Source: an uncultured Candidatus Saccharibacteria bacterium
Lineage (GTDB): Bacteria; Patescibacteriota; UBA1384; CAILIB01; JAUSJZ01
DNA length: 64,000 nucleotides
Assembly: GCA_964421635.1 (NCBI GenBank)
Contig: CAYQWZ010000001.1
Span: 7,267 to 71,266, forward strand
Direction: 5' to 3'
Numbering within the stretch: position 1 is the stretch's first letter; each line of letters opens with the position of its first letter. The position numbers and the translations under genes were made by a program. The notes under the pieces were generated by a model, which was not told the DNA's origin, made no database searches, and saw nothing but the letters and a program-made list of their open reading frames with translations. This document shows, in pieces, positions 11,724 through 23,206 of the stretch.

Positions 11724-13835
11724 ATGGAAAAGGTAAACCTAGATCACGTAAGAAATATTGGAATTATTGCTCATATTGATGCTGGTAAAACAACTGTTAC
11801 TGAGCGTATTTTATATTACACTGGAATTTCGCATAAAATTGGTGAAGTTCATGAAGGAAAGGCAACTATGGACTGGATGGAGCAAGAGAAAGAGCGTGGC
11901 ATCACTATTACTTCAGCTGCAACTACCTGTTTTTGGAAGCCTACTTATACTGAAAATCCTGACCTATATCGCATAAATATAATTGATACTCCAGGTCACG
12001 TTGACTTTACTATTGAAGTGCAGAGATCCTTGCGTGTACTAGATGGAGCAGTAGTAGTGCTAGACGGAAAAATGGGCGTCGAGCCTCAAACCGAAACTGT
12101 TTGGCGGCAGGCAGATGAAAATAAAGTACCAAGAATCTGTTTTATTAATAAGATCAACCTGTTGGGTGGAGACTTTCAAATGTCTGTTAATACTATCCAA
12201 AAAAGATTATCAGATAAAGCCGTTCCGGCCGCTCTTGCAATAGGAGTTGGTGATGAACACAAAGGAATAATAGATTTAGTTCAAAATAAAGCTTATGTAT
12301 ATAAAAATGATGAGAAGATTGAGCTTGAAAAGATTGATGTACCAGATGAGTATAAAGAACAGGCAACTAAATTAAGAGAGCAATTAATTGAAAAAGCAGT
12401 TGAATCTGATGACACATTAATGGAGAAATATTTAAATGGGACTACCCTTTCAGAAGATGAAATAAGGCTAGCTGTAAGAAAAGCTGTATTAGATAATAAT
12501 CTTTATCCAATTTTTGTAGGCGATGGTAGAACAGCAATTATTAAACATTTGTTAGATGCAGTTGTTTCATATTTACCTTCACCAATAGATATTGAACCAG
12601 CTGTTGGAGATGATGTAGATGACGAGGAGAAAAAGATAACTAGAAAACCATCTAATGATGAGCCTTTTGCAGCGCTTGCTTTTAAAGTTGCTTCTGATCC
12701 GTTTGTCGGCAAGCTTACATTTGTGCGTGTTTATTCAGGTATTGTTGAAAATGGTTCTAGCATATTGAATGCTACCAAAGGTCAAACTGAACGCATCGGG
12801 AGAATATTCAGATTGCACGCTAACCACAGAGAAGAAATTGATAGGGGTGAGGCTGGTGAAATCATAGCAGTTGTCGGATTAAAAAATACGACTACTGGTG
12901 ATACTCTGTCTGATCCTAAAGCTCCTCTAATTTTAATGGGCATAAAAGCTACCGACCCTGTTATCTCAATGGCAATTGAACCTAAAACAAAAGCTGACCA
13001 AGAAAAACTAGGAATTGCACTTTCAAGATTAGCCGAGGAAGATCCAACATTTCAAATTAGGTCTGATGATGAAACCGGGCAAACAATTATTTCTGGAATG
13101 GGTGAGCTTCATTTAGATGTTCTAGTAGATAGAATGAAGAGGGAATTTAATGTAGAAGCAAATGTAGGAAAACCTCAGGTTGCATATAAAGAAACTATTA
13201 GAAAAGAAGTCGAAGAAGAAGCAAAATACATTCGACAAACTGGTGGTCGTGGTCAATATGGACATGTATTAATTAAAATTACTCCTTCAGAGCCTGGAGA
13301 AGGATTTGAGTTTATTAATTCAATTGTTGGTGGTTCCATTCCTCGAGAGTATATTCCTGCGGTTGAAAATGGTGTTAAAGAGGCTATGGCTAAAGGTGTT
13401 ATCGCCGGCTACCCAGTAATAGATATGAAGTGTGAGCTTTTTGATGGTACTTATCACGATGTTGACTCATCTGAGGTTGCTTTTAAGATTGCTGGTTCAA
13501 TGGCTCTACAGAATGCAGTTAGAAAAGCTGATCCGGTAATATTAGAGCCAATAGTATCTGTAGAAGTTAATGTCCCTGAGAATTATTTCGGAGATGTGAT
13601 GGGAGATATCAACTCTCGTCGTGGTCAGGTGTTATCCTCTGAAGATAAGGGTACATTAGACATTAAGGTTATTAATGCTGAAGTTCCACTAGCATCGATG
13701 TTTGGCTACGCTACATCTTTACGATCAATGACTCAAGGTCGTGGTAATTATGTGATGGAGTTTGCTAAATATGCAGATGTTCCTAAAAGTATTCAGCTAG
13801 AATTAACAGCTAGCCCAACTGATGAGAAAAAATAA
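11724..13835 (+). CDS. fusA: Elongation factor G
   Basis: [23 protein letters not shown], 703 aa. Confidence 0.96.
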   Translation: MEKVNLDHVRNIGIIAHIDAGKTTVTERILYYTGISHKIGEVHEGKATMDWMEQEKERGITITSAATTCFWKPTYTENPDLYRINIIDTPGHVDFTIEVQRSLRVLDGAVVVLDGKMGVEPQTETVWRQADENKVPRICFINKINLLGGDFQMSVNTIQKRLSDKAVPAALAIGVGDEHKGIIDLVQNKAYVYKNDEKIELEKIDVPDEYKEQATKLREQLIEKAVESDDTLMEKYLNGTTLSEDEIRLAVRKAVLDNNLYPIFVGDGRTAIIKHLLDAVVSYLPSPIDIEPAVGDDVDDEEKKITRKPSNDEPFAALAFKVASDPFVGKLTFVRVYSGIVENGSSILNATKGQTERIGRIFRLHANHREEIDRGEAGEIIAVVGLKNTTTGDTLSDPKAPLILMGIKATDPVISMAIEPKTKADQEKLGIALSRLAEEDPTFQIRSDDETGQTIISGMGELHLDVLVDRMKREFNVEANVGKPQVAYKETIRKEVEEEAKYIRQTGGRGQYGHVLIKITPSEPGEGFEFINSIVGGSIPREYIPAVENGVKEAMAKGVIAGYPVIDMKCELFDGTYHDVDSSEVAFKIAGSMALQNAVRKADPVILEPIVSVEVNVPENYFGDVMGDINSRRGQVLSSEDKGTLDIKVINAEVPLASMFGYATSLRSMTQGRGNYVMEFAKYADVPKSIQLELTASPTDEKK

Positions 13836-13845
13836 TTTTAATCTG

Positions 13846-13874
13846 TTGACAGGTGACAGAAATTACATTATAGT
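13846..13874 (+). promoter_or_regulatory. Consensus sigma-70-type promoter for tuf (TTGACA-17 nt-TATAGT)
   Basis: TTGACA at 13846-13851, exact 17-nt spacer, TATAGT at 13869-13874. Confidence 0.6.
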
Positions 13875-13950
13875 ATTTAAGGAATGAAGAAAGCCTTTAT
13901 CTGGTTTTTTTGTAGTTATACATAAATTAAAAAAATAGTAATAAGTACCC

Positions 13951-15132
13951 ATGTCAGATAAATTTGAAAGATCAAAGCCACACATTAATGTAGGTACTAT
14001 TGGTCATGTGGACCATGGTAAAACTACCCTTACGGCTGCCATTACAACCGTTTTAGCTAAAGACGGAAAGGCCAAAGCGATGAACTTTGACCAAATAGAT
14101 AACGCTCCTGAAGAGAAAGAGCGTGGTATTACAATTGCCACTACTCACTGTGAGTATGAATCAGACACAAGACATTATGCTCATGTTGACTGTCCAGGTC
14201 ATGCTGACTATGTTAAAAATATGATTACCGGCGCTGCTCAAATGGATGCAGCAATTTTAGTAGTCTCTGCACCAGATGGACCTATGCCACAAACTCGAGA
14301 ACATATCCTTCTTGCATATCAGGTAGGTGTTCCTAGAATTATAGTATTTCTGAATAAAATAGATATGGTTGATGACGAAGAGTTGTTAGACTTGGTGGAA
14401 ATTGAAATAAGAGAGCTATTAACTAAGTATAAGTTCGACGGAGAAAATACTCCAATTATTCGCGGTTCAGCCTTAAAAGCTCTTGAAGGAGACGAAAAGG
14501 CAGCTGAATCTATAAAAGAATTGATTAAGAGTTTAGACGAATATATTCCAGAGCCAAAAAGAGACATTGATAAAGATTTATTAATGCCTGTTGAGGATGT
14601 CTTCTCAATTAAGGGTCGTGGCACTGTTGCGACTGGTAGAATTGAGCGAGGTATTGTAAAGGTAAACGACGAAGTTGAACTGGTTGGAATTAAAGAAACA
14701 AGAAAAGTTGTCGTTACAGGAGTAGAGATGTTCAAGAAACTACTTGACCAAGGTCAAGCTGGAGATAATGTTGGAATCTTACTACGAGGAATTGAAAGAG
14801 AAGAAATCGAGCGTGGACAGGTAATTGCTAAGCCAGGTTCAATTACTCCTCACACTGAATTTGAAGCTGAAATCTATATCCTTAATAAAGATGAAGGAGG
14901 ACGACATACTCCGTTTTTCAAAGGATACAAACCTCAGTTTTATGTTAGAACTACAGATGTGACAGGAGAGGTTAAACTGCCAAAAGACACAGAAATGGTC
15001 ATGCCTGGCGATACTGCCAATCTAGAGATTCAACTAATTGTACCGATTGCCCTAGAAGACGGAATGCGGTTTGCAATTAGAGAAGGTGGTAGAACAGTAG
15101 GTGCTGGAGTAGTAACAAAGATAATCAAATAG
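13951..15132 (+). CDS. tuf: Elongation factor Tu
   Basis: [29 protein letters not shown], 393 aa. Confidence 0.97.
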   Translation: MSDKFERSKPHINVGTIGHVDHGKTTLTAAITTVLAKDGKAKAMNFDQIDNAPEEKERGITIATTHCEYESDTRHYAHVDCPGHADYVKNMITGAAQMDAAILVVSAPDGPMPQTREHILLAYQVGVPRIIVFLNKIDMVDDEELLDLVEIEIRELLTKYKFDGENTPIIRGSALKALEGDEKAAESIKELIKSLDEYIPEPKRDIDKDLLMPVEDVFSIKGRGTVATGRIERGIVKVNDEVELVGIKETRKVVVTGVEMFKKLLDQGQAGDNVGILLRGIEREEIERGQVIAKPGSITPHTEFEAEIYILNKDEGGRHTPFFKGYKPQFYVRTTDVTGEVKLPKDTEMVMPGDTANLEIQLIVPIALEDGMRFAIREGGRTVGAGVVTKIIK

Positions 15133-15173
15133 ACACAAGCAGCTCTCCACGAAAGTGGAGAGTTGTTGTGTCT
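15131..15173 (+). promoter_or_regulatory. Long perfect hairpin with GAAA tetraloop between tuf and rpsJ (no U-tract)
   Basis: AGACACAA-gca-GCTCTCCAC-gaaa-GTGGAGAG-ttg-TTGTGTCT: two stacked helices, 8 bp and 9 bp. Confidence 0.5.
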
Positions 15174-15189
15174 CGGTTGAGACAAGCAT

Positions 15190-15525
15190 ATGAAAAAAGT
15201 AAAGAAAGCTGAACAATCTTACAAGCAAAAAGTAAGAATAAAGTTGAAGGCTTATGATCATCGCATCATAGACTCAGCTGCTAAACAGATCATTGATACT
15301 GTTGAGCGAACAGGTGCAAAAACTATTGGTCCTATTCCTTTGCCAACGCAGAAGACTATTACTACAGTTTTACGCTCGCCTCACGTTCATAAAGATTCAA
15401 GAGAGCAGTTTGAGATGCGTACGCATAAGCGTTTAATTGATGTATTTGATCCGGCGTCAAACACCATTGATAATCTAATGCACCTAGATCTTCCAGCCGG
15501 TGTAGATGTTGAGATGAAAATGTAA
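15190..15525 (+). CDS. rpsJ: 30S ribosomal protein S10
   Basis: [61 protein letters not shown]. Confidence 0.96.
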   Translation: MKKVKKAEQSYKQKVRIKLKAYDHRIIDSAAKQIIDTVERTGAKTIGPIPLPTQKTITTVLRSPHVHKDSREQFEMRTHKRLIDVFDPASNTIDNLMHLDLPAGVDVEMKM

Positions 15526-15573
15526 CGATACTACTTCTAAATAGAAGCAAGTCGGCAATAAGTAAATTACTTT

Positions 15574-15595
15574 GAGCCGATTAAGGCTCATTTTT
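15574..15595 (+). promoter_or_regulatory. Short hairpin plus T-run just upstream of rplC (possible attenuator)
   Basis: GAGCC-gattaa-GGCTC followed by ATTTTT, 3 nt before the rplC ATG. Confidence 0.3.
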
Positions 15596-15597
15596 AA

Positions 15598-16119
15598 ATG
15601 AAAATGCTAATCACCAAAAAACAGGGAATGACTCGCATCCATCGTCAGAATGGAATAGTTTGCGCTGTCACAATTCTTTCTGTACAGGAAGCAAAGAAAG
15701 TTGGTGAGCGAACAGAGATAAAAGATGGTTATATAGCCACAATATTTGATGCCGATGGCAAGAAATTCGAATGTTTAGGTAATGATTGTGACTCTAACCT
15801 AGAAGGATTAGATAACGGTCAGCCAATAGAGATTGTCGGAAAAACGAAAGGAAAAGGTTTTTCAGGCACAATTAAAAGATATAGCTTTGCACAAGGCCCA
15901 ATGTCGCACGGTTCTCACAACAAAAGACAGCCTGGAGCCGTTGGATCTGCTTATCCGCAGCGTGTAGTTAAAGGGCAAAAAATGCCTGGAAGGATGGGGG
16001 GTGGTCAGACTACTATCAAAACTGTTGTAGAAGAAGTAATTAAAGATAAAAATTACCTATTAGTAAAAGGCTCTGTACCTGGTAAAAGAGGAACGATGCT
16101 AATGGTAAAAACAGTCTAA
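15598..16119 (+). CDS. rplC: 50S ribosomal protein L3
   Basis: [37 protein letters not shown]. Confidence 0.93.
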   Translation: MKMLITKKQGMTRIHRQNGIVCAVTILSVQEAKKVGERTEIKDGYIATIFDADGKKFECLGNDCDSNLEGLDNGQPIEIVGKTKGKGFSGTIKRYSFAQGPMSHGSHNKRQPGAVGSAYPQRVVKGQKMPGRMGGGQTTIKTVVEEVIKDKNYLLVKGSVPGKRGTMLMVKTV

Positions 16120-16733
16120 TGAAAATAGATAAAATTAGTGCAGAATCTGTTATAAAGGTAGATTACCCAAAGACACTTGAAGGTAAGGTTTGTGCTGATC
16201 TAATTAATCAATATAATCAGTATGTTAACCACAAAACTACAATTAAAGCTGGTCACACAAAGAATAAAGCTGAAGTTCGAGGGGGTGGTGCTAAACCATG
16301 GAAGCAGAAAGGAACTGGACGGGCACGACATGGTTCTTCTAGATCACCTATATGGAGAGGAGGAGGTATCACTTTTGGACCGCGCACAAATACCAAAAAA
16401 AAGGTTCTTATGAATAAGAAAATGCGTCGTTCCGCATTTAAAGCAATCCTTTCAATTTTAGCTAAAAATAATCAAGTAAAGGTTTCTTCTTTTAAGAAAA
16501 GTGACGAGCCTAGAGCTGTAAGAAAGCAACTGTTAGAGCAACTAAAAGATTTTAGTTCTGCTAAATTAGTTGTCCTAAATAGAAAAGAGGCGGCACTAGC
16601 TAAGGCATCTAATATTCAGAACGCTGAAGTAATTAGCTTGAATCGTTTTGGTGCAAAGCAGATGGCTGGAAAAGGAGTAGTGATTTTTGAAGAGGAAGCA
16701 TTAAATGAATTAGAGAAGAGGTTTAAGTCATGA
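16119..16733 (+). CDS. rplD: 50S ribosomal protein L4
   Basis: [34 protein letters not shown]. Confidence 0.93.
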   Translation: MKIDKISAESVIKVDYPKTLEGKVCADLINQYNQYVNHKTTIKAGHTKNKAEVRGGGAKPWKQKGTGRARHGSSRSPIWRGGGITFGPRTNTKKKVLMNKKMRRSAFKAILSILAKNNQVKVSSFKKSDEPRAVRKQLLEQLKDFSSAKLVVLNRKEAALAKASNIQNAEVISLNRFGAKQMAGKGVVIFEEEALNELEKRFKS

Positions 16734-17035
16734 TTAAAGCTCATCTGACAGAAAAAAGTTATATGCTTGCCAATACTGATCAACCAGTATTTACCTTTGA
16801 GGTGGGTAAAAGTATGAATAAAGAGATGATAAAGAAGTATCTCAAAGAGAATATGAAGGTTGATGTGCTAAAGATAAAAATTATTACTGGTAGAAATAAA
16901 TCTGTTAAATTTAGAGGCATTAGTGGCAAAAAGGCAATAATTAAAAAAGCAGTTGTTACTTTAAAGGTAGGACAAAAGATTGATGAGTTGATAGTCGAAA
17001 AAGATAAGAAAAAAGATAAGAAAGCTAATAAATAA
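16730..17035 (+). CDS. rplW: 50S ribosomal protein L23
   Basis: Position between L4 and L2; [22 protein letters not shown]23-like core. Confidence 0.85.
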   Translation: MIKAHLTEKSYMLANTDQPVFTFEVGKSMNKEMIKKYLKENMKVDVLKIKIITGRNKSVKFRGISGKKAIIKKAVVTLKVGQKIDELIVEKDKKKDKKANK

Positions 17036-17037
17036 TC

Positions 17038-17841
17038 ATGGCCAATAGAATAATCAAACCTACTACTGCTGCTAGACGCAATATGACCGCGGCTGATTTT
17101 TCTATGATTACAAAAAACAAGGCTAAAAAATCATTATTGAGGGGAAAAATGTCAGTAGCCGGCAGAAGTAATCAAGGTAAAATTACAATCCGTCACAGAG
17201 GAAGTGGTGCTAAAAGATCTTTGAGGGACATCAATTTTAAAAACGTAGATAGTAAATATGAGGTTGTGTCTATTGAGTATGACCCTAATAGATCTTCCAG
17301 AATTGCCTTGGTAGAAGATGAAAACAAAAAACATTCCTATATATTGGCTTCAAACAAGCTGAAGGTTGGAGATAAATTAGAAACTGCCGAAAATGTGGCC
17401 GTTAAAGAAGGTAATACAATGGCCCTAAAGAATATTCCTGTTGGTATATTAATTCATAATATTGAATTGAAACCTGGTCAGGGGGGGAAGATAGCCAGAT
17501 CTGCTGGTACATATGGCATTGTGCAGGCAGTTGAGGGCGGAATGGTAAATATAAAACTGTCAAGTGGGCAGGTCAAATTATTTCAGGAAAACTGCAAAGC
17601 AACCCTCGGACAGGTCGGAAACATCCATCATAGTGCAGTAAAAATTGGAAAAGCAGGCAGAAACAGGTATAAAGGTAAAAGACCAACTGTAAGAGGAAAG
17701 GCTATGCATCCGGGAGCTCACCCACATGGTGGAGGTGAAGGTAATACCTCAATTGGTCTTAAAGGTGGTCCAAAGACCAAGTGGGGAGCTAAGGCCTTAG
17801 GAGTTAAAACAAGAAAGAGAAGTAAACCTAAAATTAAATAA
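17038..17841 (+). CDS. rplB: 50S ribosomal protein L2
   Basis: GRNRYKGKRPTVRGKAMHPGAHPHGGGEG. Confidence 0.96.
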   Translation: MANRIIKPTTAARRNMTAADFSMITKNKAKKSLLRGKMSVAGRSNQGKITIRHRGSGAKRSLRDINFKNVDSKYEVVSIEYDPNRSSRIALVEDENKKHSYILASNKLKVGDKLETAENVAVKEGNTMALKNIPVGILIHNIELKPGQGGKIARSAGTYGIVQAVEGGMVNIKLSSGQVKLFQENCKATLGQVGNIHHSAVKIGKAGRNRYKGKRPTVRGKAMHPGAHPHGGGEGNTSIGLKGGPKTKWGAKALGVKTRKRSKPKIK

Positions 17842-17843
17842 TC

Positions 17844-18149
17844 ATGGCCAGATCATTAAAGAAAGGTGCGTTCACTCACCCATCAATTCTAAAGAAGATT
17901 GATAAGCTAAAACAGGGAGACAGAACACCTATTAAAACCTGGAGTCGAAACAGCACTATTATTCCTCAAATGGTCGGGTTTACATTTGGTATTCATACTG
18001 GTAGAGATTTTTTCAATTTATTAATAACTGAAGAGCATGTCGGACACAAGCTTGGTGAATTTGCAGCAACGCGTAAATTCATCAGACATGGTGGTCGAAT
18101 GGCTAAAGAAGAAGAGGGTGAAGGACAAGCAACTAAAAGAGAAGAATGA
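17844..18149 (+). CDS. rpsS: 30S ribosomal protein S19 (with acidic C-terminal tail)
   Basis: MARSLKKGAFTHPS..IKTWSR..MVGFTFGIHTGR. Confidence 0.95.
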   Translation: MARSLKKGAFTHPSILKKIDKLKQGDRTPIKTWSRNSTIIPQMVGFTFGIHTGRDFFNLLITEEHVGHKLGEFAATRKFIRHGGRMAKEEEGEGQATKREE

Positions 18150-18544
18150 GTTATCAGCAAAAAGTAAAATATTTGCGTATTGCACCCAAAAAACTACGCT
18201 TAGTTGCGAAGTTGGTTATTGGTAAAGGCACAAATCAAGCTATTGACATTTTATCTGTACAAAAACAGAAAGGCTCTGATATGTTGTTAAAGTCAATAAA
18301 AAGCGCTGTAAATAACGCTGAAGCTAATAATATTGACCTTACAAAAATGGTGATAGTATCTATTAGTTGCAATAAAGGTCCAATATTTATGCGACGCTGG
18401 ATTCGACCAAGAGGTGTATCCTTGCCTAAAAGAAAGTATACCTCTCACGCTGTAATAGTTTTTGGCGAAAAGAAAAAAACAAAAAAAACAATTATCAAAA
18501 ATATTAAAAAAGAAAGACAAGTAACCACTAAAGAGGTTAAATAA
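18146..18544 (+). CDS. rplV: 50S ribosomal protein L22
   Basis: [27 protein letters not shown]22 N-terminus; operon position. Confidence 0.9.
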   Translation: MSYQQKVKYLRIAPKKLRLVAKLVIGKGTNQAIDILSVQKQKGSDMLLKSIKSAVNNAEANNIDLTKMVIVSISCNKGPIFMRRWIRPRGVSLPKRKYTSHAVIVFGEKKKTKKTIIKNIKKERQVTTKEVK

Positions 18545-19191
18545 TGGGTCATAAAGTACATCCAAGTGGTATGCGACGAGGATTGAGGTCTGAATGGCCA
18601 TCAAAGTGGTTTGCTAATGGCGGATTATATTCCAAAAACTTGATTGAAGACATAAAAATAAGAAAGTTTATACAGAAAAAATTTGATTCTGCTGGAATTG
18701 AAGATATTGTGATTAAACGAAATGCCAATTTAATAGAAATTGAAATAAAGACGGCTAAGCCGGGTATTATTATTGGACGAAGTGGCTCAGGTGCAAAAGA
18801 GATTAAGGATTTAGTTTTAAGTTTATTTACACAAAGAAATGAGGCACAAAAGCCCCATATTAGAATTAATATTGTTGAAACAAAAGATTCTGACCTTTCA
18901 GCTCAATTAATTGCTGAGAATATTGCTAAGGCGTTAGAGAGAAGAATTAATGTACGCCGAGCAGTCAAACAAGCAATGGAGAGAGCCAAAGAAAGAGGCG
19001 TAAAAGGAATTAAAATTCGAGTATCGGGACGTTTAAATGGTTCAGATATTGCCCGTTCTGAATATGTTTCATACGGTTCTGTTCCCCTTTCTACCCTTAA
19101 AGCTAATATATACTATAGCATGATTCACGCCTGGACATCATACGGTACTATTGGCGTCAAGGTTTGGGTATATAAAGGTGAAGAGATATAG
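18544..19191 (+). CDS. rpsC: 30S ribosomal protein S3
   Basis: [15 protein letters not shown] domain..[19 protein letters not shown]. Confidence 0.96.
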   Translation: MGHKVHPSGMRRGLRSEWPSKWFANGGLYSKNLIEDIKIRKFIQKKFDSAGIEDIVIKRNANLIEIEIKTAKPGIIIGRSGSGAKEIKDLVLSLFTQRNEAQKPHIRINIVETKDSDLSAQLIAENIAKALERRINVRRAVKQAMERAKERGVKGIKIRVSGRLNGSDIARSEYVSYGSVPLSTLKANIYYSMIHAWTSYGTIGVKVWVYKGEEI

Positions 19192-19193
19192 CC

Positions 19194-19598
19194 ATGTTAA
19201 TACCAAAAAGAGCAAAATTTAGAAAACGCCAGAGAGGCAAGAATAGAGGCATCACCACCGGTGGTAGCAAGATTGATTTTGGTCAAATTGGACTGCAGGC
19301 AGTAGAGAATGGTTTTTTGTCTTCAAGACAGATTGAATCAGCTAGAAGAGCCATCACTAGATATATCAAGCGTGGAGGGCAGGTATGGATTAGAGTTTTC
19401 CCCGATCATCCGGTTACTAAGAAAGGTTCAGAAGTTCCAATGGGAAAAGGTAAGGGAGCCGTTGACCATTATGTATCATATGTGAAGAGAGGCAGAATGA
19501 TTTTTGAAGTCGGTGGTATTGATGACGCTCTTGGCAAAGAAGCCCTGCGTCTAGCAGCCAATAAATTATCAGTTAAAACAGTAGTCAGATATAAATAA
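19194..19598 (+). CDS. rplP: 50S ribosomal protein L16
   Basis: MLIPKRAKFRKRQRGKNRG..GKGAVDHYV. Confidence 0.96.
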   Translation: MLIPKRAKFRKRQRGKNRGITTGGSKIDFGQIGLQAVENGFLSSRQIESARRAITRYIKRGGQVWIRVFPDHPVTKKGSEVPMGKGKGAVDHYVSYVKRGRMIFEVGGIDDALGKEALRLAANKLSVKTVVRYK

Positions 19599-19600
19599 TC

Positions 19601-19801
19601 ATGAAAAATAAAGAGCAGATATCAAAATACAGAGAGATGAATATGTCTGATTTATATGTCAAGGCGCAATCTTTGGTAAAAGATGCTAATAGCAATAAGA
19701 TAAATGATGAACAGGATGCTCATTTACCAAGCAAGAGAAGAAAGGATATTGCCAGAATTAAGACGGTAATATCTGAAAAGAAAATTTTAAATAATGAATA
19801 A
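19601..19801 (+). CDS. rpmC: 50S ribosomal protein L29
   Basis: 66 aa with SKRRKDIARIKTVISEK L29 helix signature; operon position. Confidence 0.85.
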   Translation: MKNKEQISKYREMNMSDLYVKAQSLVKDANSNKINDEQDAHLPSKRRKDIARIKTVISEKKILNNE

Positions 19802-20024
19802 GCAAGTTATAACAATTAATGGAACAGTAACTGCAGTAAACGGTGCTACAGCGAAGGTTTTAGTTGAGAGAACAAAAACTCATCCTAAATACAATAAGAG
19901 TTACAAAGTTTCAAGAAATTTTCATGCTCATATTGATGAAAGGCAAAATGTTACAGTCGGTGACGATGTGACACTGATTCCATCAAAGAAAATTAGTAAG
20001 ATGAAGGCTTGGCTTATTAAATAA
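19794..20024 (+). CDS. rpsQ: 30S ribosomal protein S17
   Basis: [36 protein letters not shown]. Confidence 0.93.
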   Translation: MNKQVITINGTVTAVNGATAKVLVERTKTHPKYNKSYKVSRNFHAHIDERQNVTVGDDVTLIPSKKISKMKAWLIK

Positions 20025-20029
20025 ATATA

Positions 20030-20398
20030 ATGATTCAACCAGGTTCAAAACTACATATTGCAGATAACTCAGGCGCTCGAATTATAGAGTGCATCACTGT
20101 TTTGGGTGGAAGTAAACGCGATCAGGCTGAGGTAGGTCATGTCATTTCTGCTAGTGTAAAATTTGCTGCTCCGCATGGACAGATAAAGAAGAAGGCTGTG
20201 ATAAAGGCTTTAATTGTAAGACAGAAAAAACCTTTTCAAAGAAAAGATGGCACTAATATTAGATTTGATGAAAATGCCGCAGTTATTATTGATGATAACA
20301 AGCAGCCGGTTGGAACAAGAATCTTTGGCCCTGTATTGAGAGAGCTCAGAGAGCTTGGTTATCAAAAGATCATCTCATTAGCGGAGGAAGTATTATGA
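20030..20398 (+). CDS. rplN: 50S ribosomal protein L14
   Basis: [17 protein letters not shown]. Confidence 0.96.
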   Translation: MIQPGSKLHIADNSGARIIECITVLGGSKRDQAEVGHVISASVKFAAPHGQIKKKAVIKALIVRQKKPFQRKDGTNIRFDENAAVIIDDNKQPVGTRIFGPVLRELRELGYQKIISLAEEVL

Positions 20399-20724
20399 AA
20401 AAAATAAGAGTAGGTGATACTGTTTTTGTGAGGTTAGGAAAGTTTAGAACAAAAACAGGAATAGTTGAGAAGATTATGGGACAAAGAGTTTTGGTGTCAG
20501 GAATAAACACAGTTAAAAAACACCAGAAAAAGAGCGAAATTAATCCTCAAGGAGGAATAATTGAAAAAATCTTACCGATAGATATTTCCAATGTAATGTT
20601 AATTGATAAAAAGACAAAAAAACCATCAAGGGTAAGAATTGAACAAGAAAAGAATAGTAAGAAAAGAGTATATTCCAAAAGTTCCGAAGAGGTTGAATTA
20701 GCAAGTGATAAGAATCAAAAATGA
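20395..20724 (+). CDS. rplX: 50S ribosomal protein L24
   Basis: [28 protein letters not shown] motif. Confidence 0.93.
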   Translation: MKKIRVGDTVFVRLGKFRTKTGIVEKIMGQRVLVSGINTVKKHQKKSEINPQGGIIEKILPIDISNVMLIDKKTKKPSRVRIEQEKNSKKRVYSKSSEEVELASDKNQK

Positions 20725-21248
20725 AAAATTCTACCACAGTAAATATTGATAGCAAAATACTTGCTAAACAGTTAAAGTTTAGTAATCATTTTGAGGTGCC
20801 TAAAATCAGTAGAGCAGTAGTCAATGTTGGCGTTGGTTCAATTGTTGAGAAAGATGCTAGAAAAAAAGTTGCCGAACTAATTACTAGAATAATTGGCCAA
20901 AAGGTAGTACCAACAAAAGCAAAGAAATCAGTTTCAGCTTTCAAGATTCGACAAGGAAACACAGTCGGGCTTAAAGCAACGCTACGAGGAAAGAGGATGT
21001 ATTATTTTATAGATAAGCTAATTCAGGTTGCGCTACCTCGTACTAGAGATTTTCAAGGAATAAATAAATCAGCTGTAACCAGTAGTGGTATATCAATTGG
21101 TATAAAAGATATTACGATATTTCCGGAAATAAAACCAGATGAAGTAAAAGAAACAACTGGAATGCAGGTTAATTTAGTAACTCAAAATAAAGATAAACAA
21201 GCATTGGAAGATTATTTTAAAGCAATTGGTTTTCCAATAGAAAAGTAG
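20721..21248 (+). CDS. rplE: 50S ribosomal protein L5
   Basis: [28 protein letters not shown]. Confidence 0.95.
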   Translation: MKNSTTVNIDSKILAKQLKFSNHFEVPKISRAVVNVGVGSIVEKDARKKVAELITRIIGQKVVPTKAKKSVSAFKIRQGNTVGLKATLRGKRMYYFIDKLIQVALPRTRDFQGINKSAVTSSGISIGIKDITIFPEIKPDEVKETTGMQVNLVTQNKDKQALEDYFKAIGFPIEK

Positions 21249-21249
21249 T

Positions 21250-21435
21250 ATGGCAAAAAAATCCTTAATTATAAAAGCAAACAGAAAACCTAAATTCAGT
21301 ACACGTAAAGTATACCGATGTCAGCTTTGTGGTCGCTCAAGAGCAGTTATCAGAAAGTTTGGAATGTGTCGGCTCTGCTTTCGAGAGCATGCGTCTCGAG
21401 GTGAAATTCCAGGTATTAAAAAATCAAGTTGGTAA
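21250..21435 (+). CDS. rpsN: 30S ribosomal protein S14, zinc-binding type Z
   Basis: 61 aa with [24 protein letters not shown]4 zinc ribbon. Confidence 0.95.
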   Translation: MAKKSLIIKANRKPKFSTRKVYRCQLCGRSRAVIRKFGMCRLCFREHASRGEIPGIKKSSW

Positions 21436-21439
21436 TATT

Positions 21440-21811
21440 ATGACAGATCCAATTGCAGACTTATTAATTAGACTAAAGAACGCATCAATGAGCAAAAAAA
21501 GCTCTTGCGATGTGTTAGCTTCGAAGTTCAATAAAAATCTACTACAAATTTTAGTAGAGAAAGGTTTTATAAAAGAGTATAAGGATTCTGAAGATGAGCG
21601 GTACTTGATTGTAAAGTTAGTTTCTGGTAAGATTTTTGAGTTAAGAAGACTATCAAAACCAGGCCGAAGACTGTATGTCGGTTATAAAAAAATACCTCTT
21701 TCTAAATCACCAGATGGTATTGTAATCGTATCAACACCAAATGGTTTAATGACGGGTAAAGATTCAATTGCTAAAAAATCTGGTGGAGAATTAATATGTG
21801 AGGTAGCCTAA
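21440..21811 (+). CDS. rpsH: 30S ribosomal protein S8
   Basis: MTDPIADLLIRLKNA, with the start at the in-frame ATG 21440. The listed 21329 start would overlap rpsN and is implausible. Confidence 0.93.
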   Translation: MTDPIADLLIRLKNASMSKKSSCDVLASKFNKNLLQILVEKGFIKEYKDSEDERYLIVKLVSGKIFELRRLSKPGRRLYVGYKKIPLSKSPDGIVIVSTPNGLMTGKDSIAKKSGGELICEVA

Positions 21812-21814
21812 ATC

Positions 21815-22357
21815 ATGTCAAGAATAGGATTAAAGACAATTAATATTCCTAAGGAAACAGCTGTAAATTTCAGTGGGTCAGCTTTATATTTTGATGGGCC
21901 AATGGGTTCAGCTAAGGTTGAGGTACCTAAGGTTATTAAGGTTGAAATTAAGGATGATATTATTTCTGTTACCACAGCTGAAGATTCAATAGTCGCACGA
22001 TCCCTACATGGAACGACCCGCTCTCATATTAATAATGCTATTATTGGTGTGTCTGAAGGCTGGAAAAAAGTATTAGAGATTCATGGCTCAGGCTATAGAG
22101 CATCCATAGATGGTGATATCCTAGAACTTCATGTTGGATTCTCACATACAGTTAAATTTGATATTCCTAAGAGCTTAGAGGTAAAAATTGTAAAGAATAA
22201 AATCACAATATCTGGCATTAATAAACAAGAAGTCGGACAGTTTGCTGCAATCATTCGTGATGTACGAAAACCTGAGCCATATAAAGGAAAAGGTATTAGA
22301 TATGCTGATGAATATGTCGCAAGAAAAGTTGGAAAAGCATTAAAGGCAACAGAGTAA
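21815..22357 (+). CDS. rplF: 50S ribosomal protein L6
   Basis: MSRIGLKTINIP..GSGYRA..GFSHTV. Confidence 0.95.
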   Translation: MSRIGLKTINIPKETAVNFSGSALYFDGPMGSAKVEVPKVIKVEIKDDIISVTTAEDSIVARSLHGTTRSHINNAIIGVSEGWKKVLEIHGSGYRASIDGDILELHVGFSHTVKFDIPKSLEVKIVKNKITISGINKQEVGQFAAIIRDVRKPEPYKGKGIRYADEYVARKVGKALKATE

Positions 22358-22359
22358 TC

Positions 22360-22689
22360 ATGGATAAAAAAATAATCAGAAAAAACAGAGTCAGAGGAAA
22401 AGCTCGAATTGTTTCTAATCGACCACGGCTTTCTTATGAAAAAAGTAATAGATATATTAACATTCAACTGATTGATGATAGTAAGCAAAAAACAATTTTT
22501 GGAATCCATCAAAAAAATATCATATCCAAAGATAAAACAGAAATGATTAGCAAATTTACAGATAAAATTGTGGAGGCTCTAAATGAGGCAAAAATTAATG
22601 AAATCTATATTGATAGGGGAGCAAGAAAATATCATGGTAGTTTGGCAACAATAGTCGAGGGTTTGAGAAAAGCAGGAGTAAAGGTTTAA
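22360..22689 (+). CDS. rplR: 50S ribosomal protein L18
   Basis: NRVRGKARIVSNRPRLSYEKSNRYINIQLID. Confidence 0.92.
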   Translation: MDKKIIRKNRVRGKARIVSNRPRLSYEKSNRYINIQLIDDSKQKTIFGIHQKNIISKDKTEMISKFTDKIVEALNEAKINEIYIDRGARKYHGSLATIVEGLRKAGVKV

Positions 22690-22690
22690 A

Positions 22691-23206
22691 ATGAAAAATC
22701 AAAGACAGTTCAATAGAAGACAAGACAGACCAAAACCAGAATTTGAAGAGAAAATTGTAGATGTTGCACGAGTAACTCGTGTTGTTAAAGGTGGACGAAG
22801 GATGAGATTTCGAACGCTAGTAGTTATTGGCGATAGAAAAGGAAGAGTTGGTGCTGCTGTAGCAAAAAGTATAGAAGTGCCAGTAGCTGCTCAAAAAGCT
22901 GCTAAAAAGGCTAAACAGAACATGATTAATGTGCCTATTACAGATAGTGGTAGTATTCCTCATGAAATAAAATCTCGTTTTGCTTCAAGTACAATATTTT
23001 TAAAACCAGCTCCAGAAGGTTCATCTTTAGTGTCGGGCGGGTCAGCCAGAACTGTTCTAGAATTAGCTGGGTTGAGAAATGTTGTATCAAAAAGTCTTGG
23101 TTCAAATAGTAAGTTAAATTGTGTATTTGCGACTATTCAAGCATTAAGCTTATTAAAACCAGAGAAAAACAAAAAAGATGTTAAAGATAATAAAGAAGAA
23201 AAATAA
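22691..23206 (+). CDS. rpsE: 30S ribosomal protein S5
   Basis: [42 protein letters not shown]. Confidence 0.96.
   Translation: MKNQRQFNRRQDRPKPEFEEKIVDVARVTRVVKGGRRMRFRTLVVIGDRKGRVGAAVAKSIEVPVAAQKAAKKAKQNMINVPITDSGSIPHEIKSRFASSTIFLKPAPEGSSLVSGGSARTVLELAGLRNVVSKSLGSNSKLNCVFATIQALSLLKPEKNKKDVKDNKEEK

Noticed and set aside
21329-21439. N-terminal extension of rpsH as listed in the ORF track (overlapping rpsN)
   Set aside because: The extension has no similarity to S8 and would overlap the S14 coding region; the canonical S8 N-terminus MTDPIADLL begins at ATG 21440.
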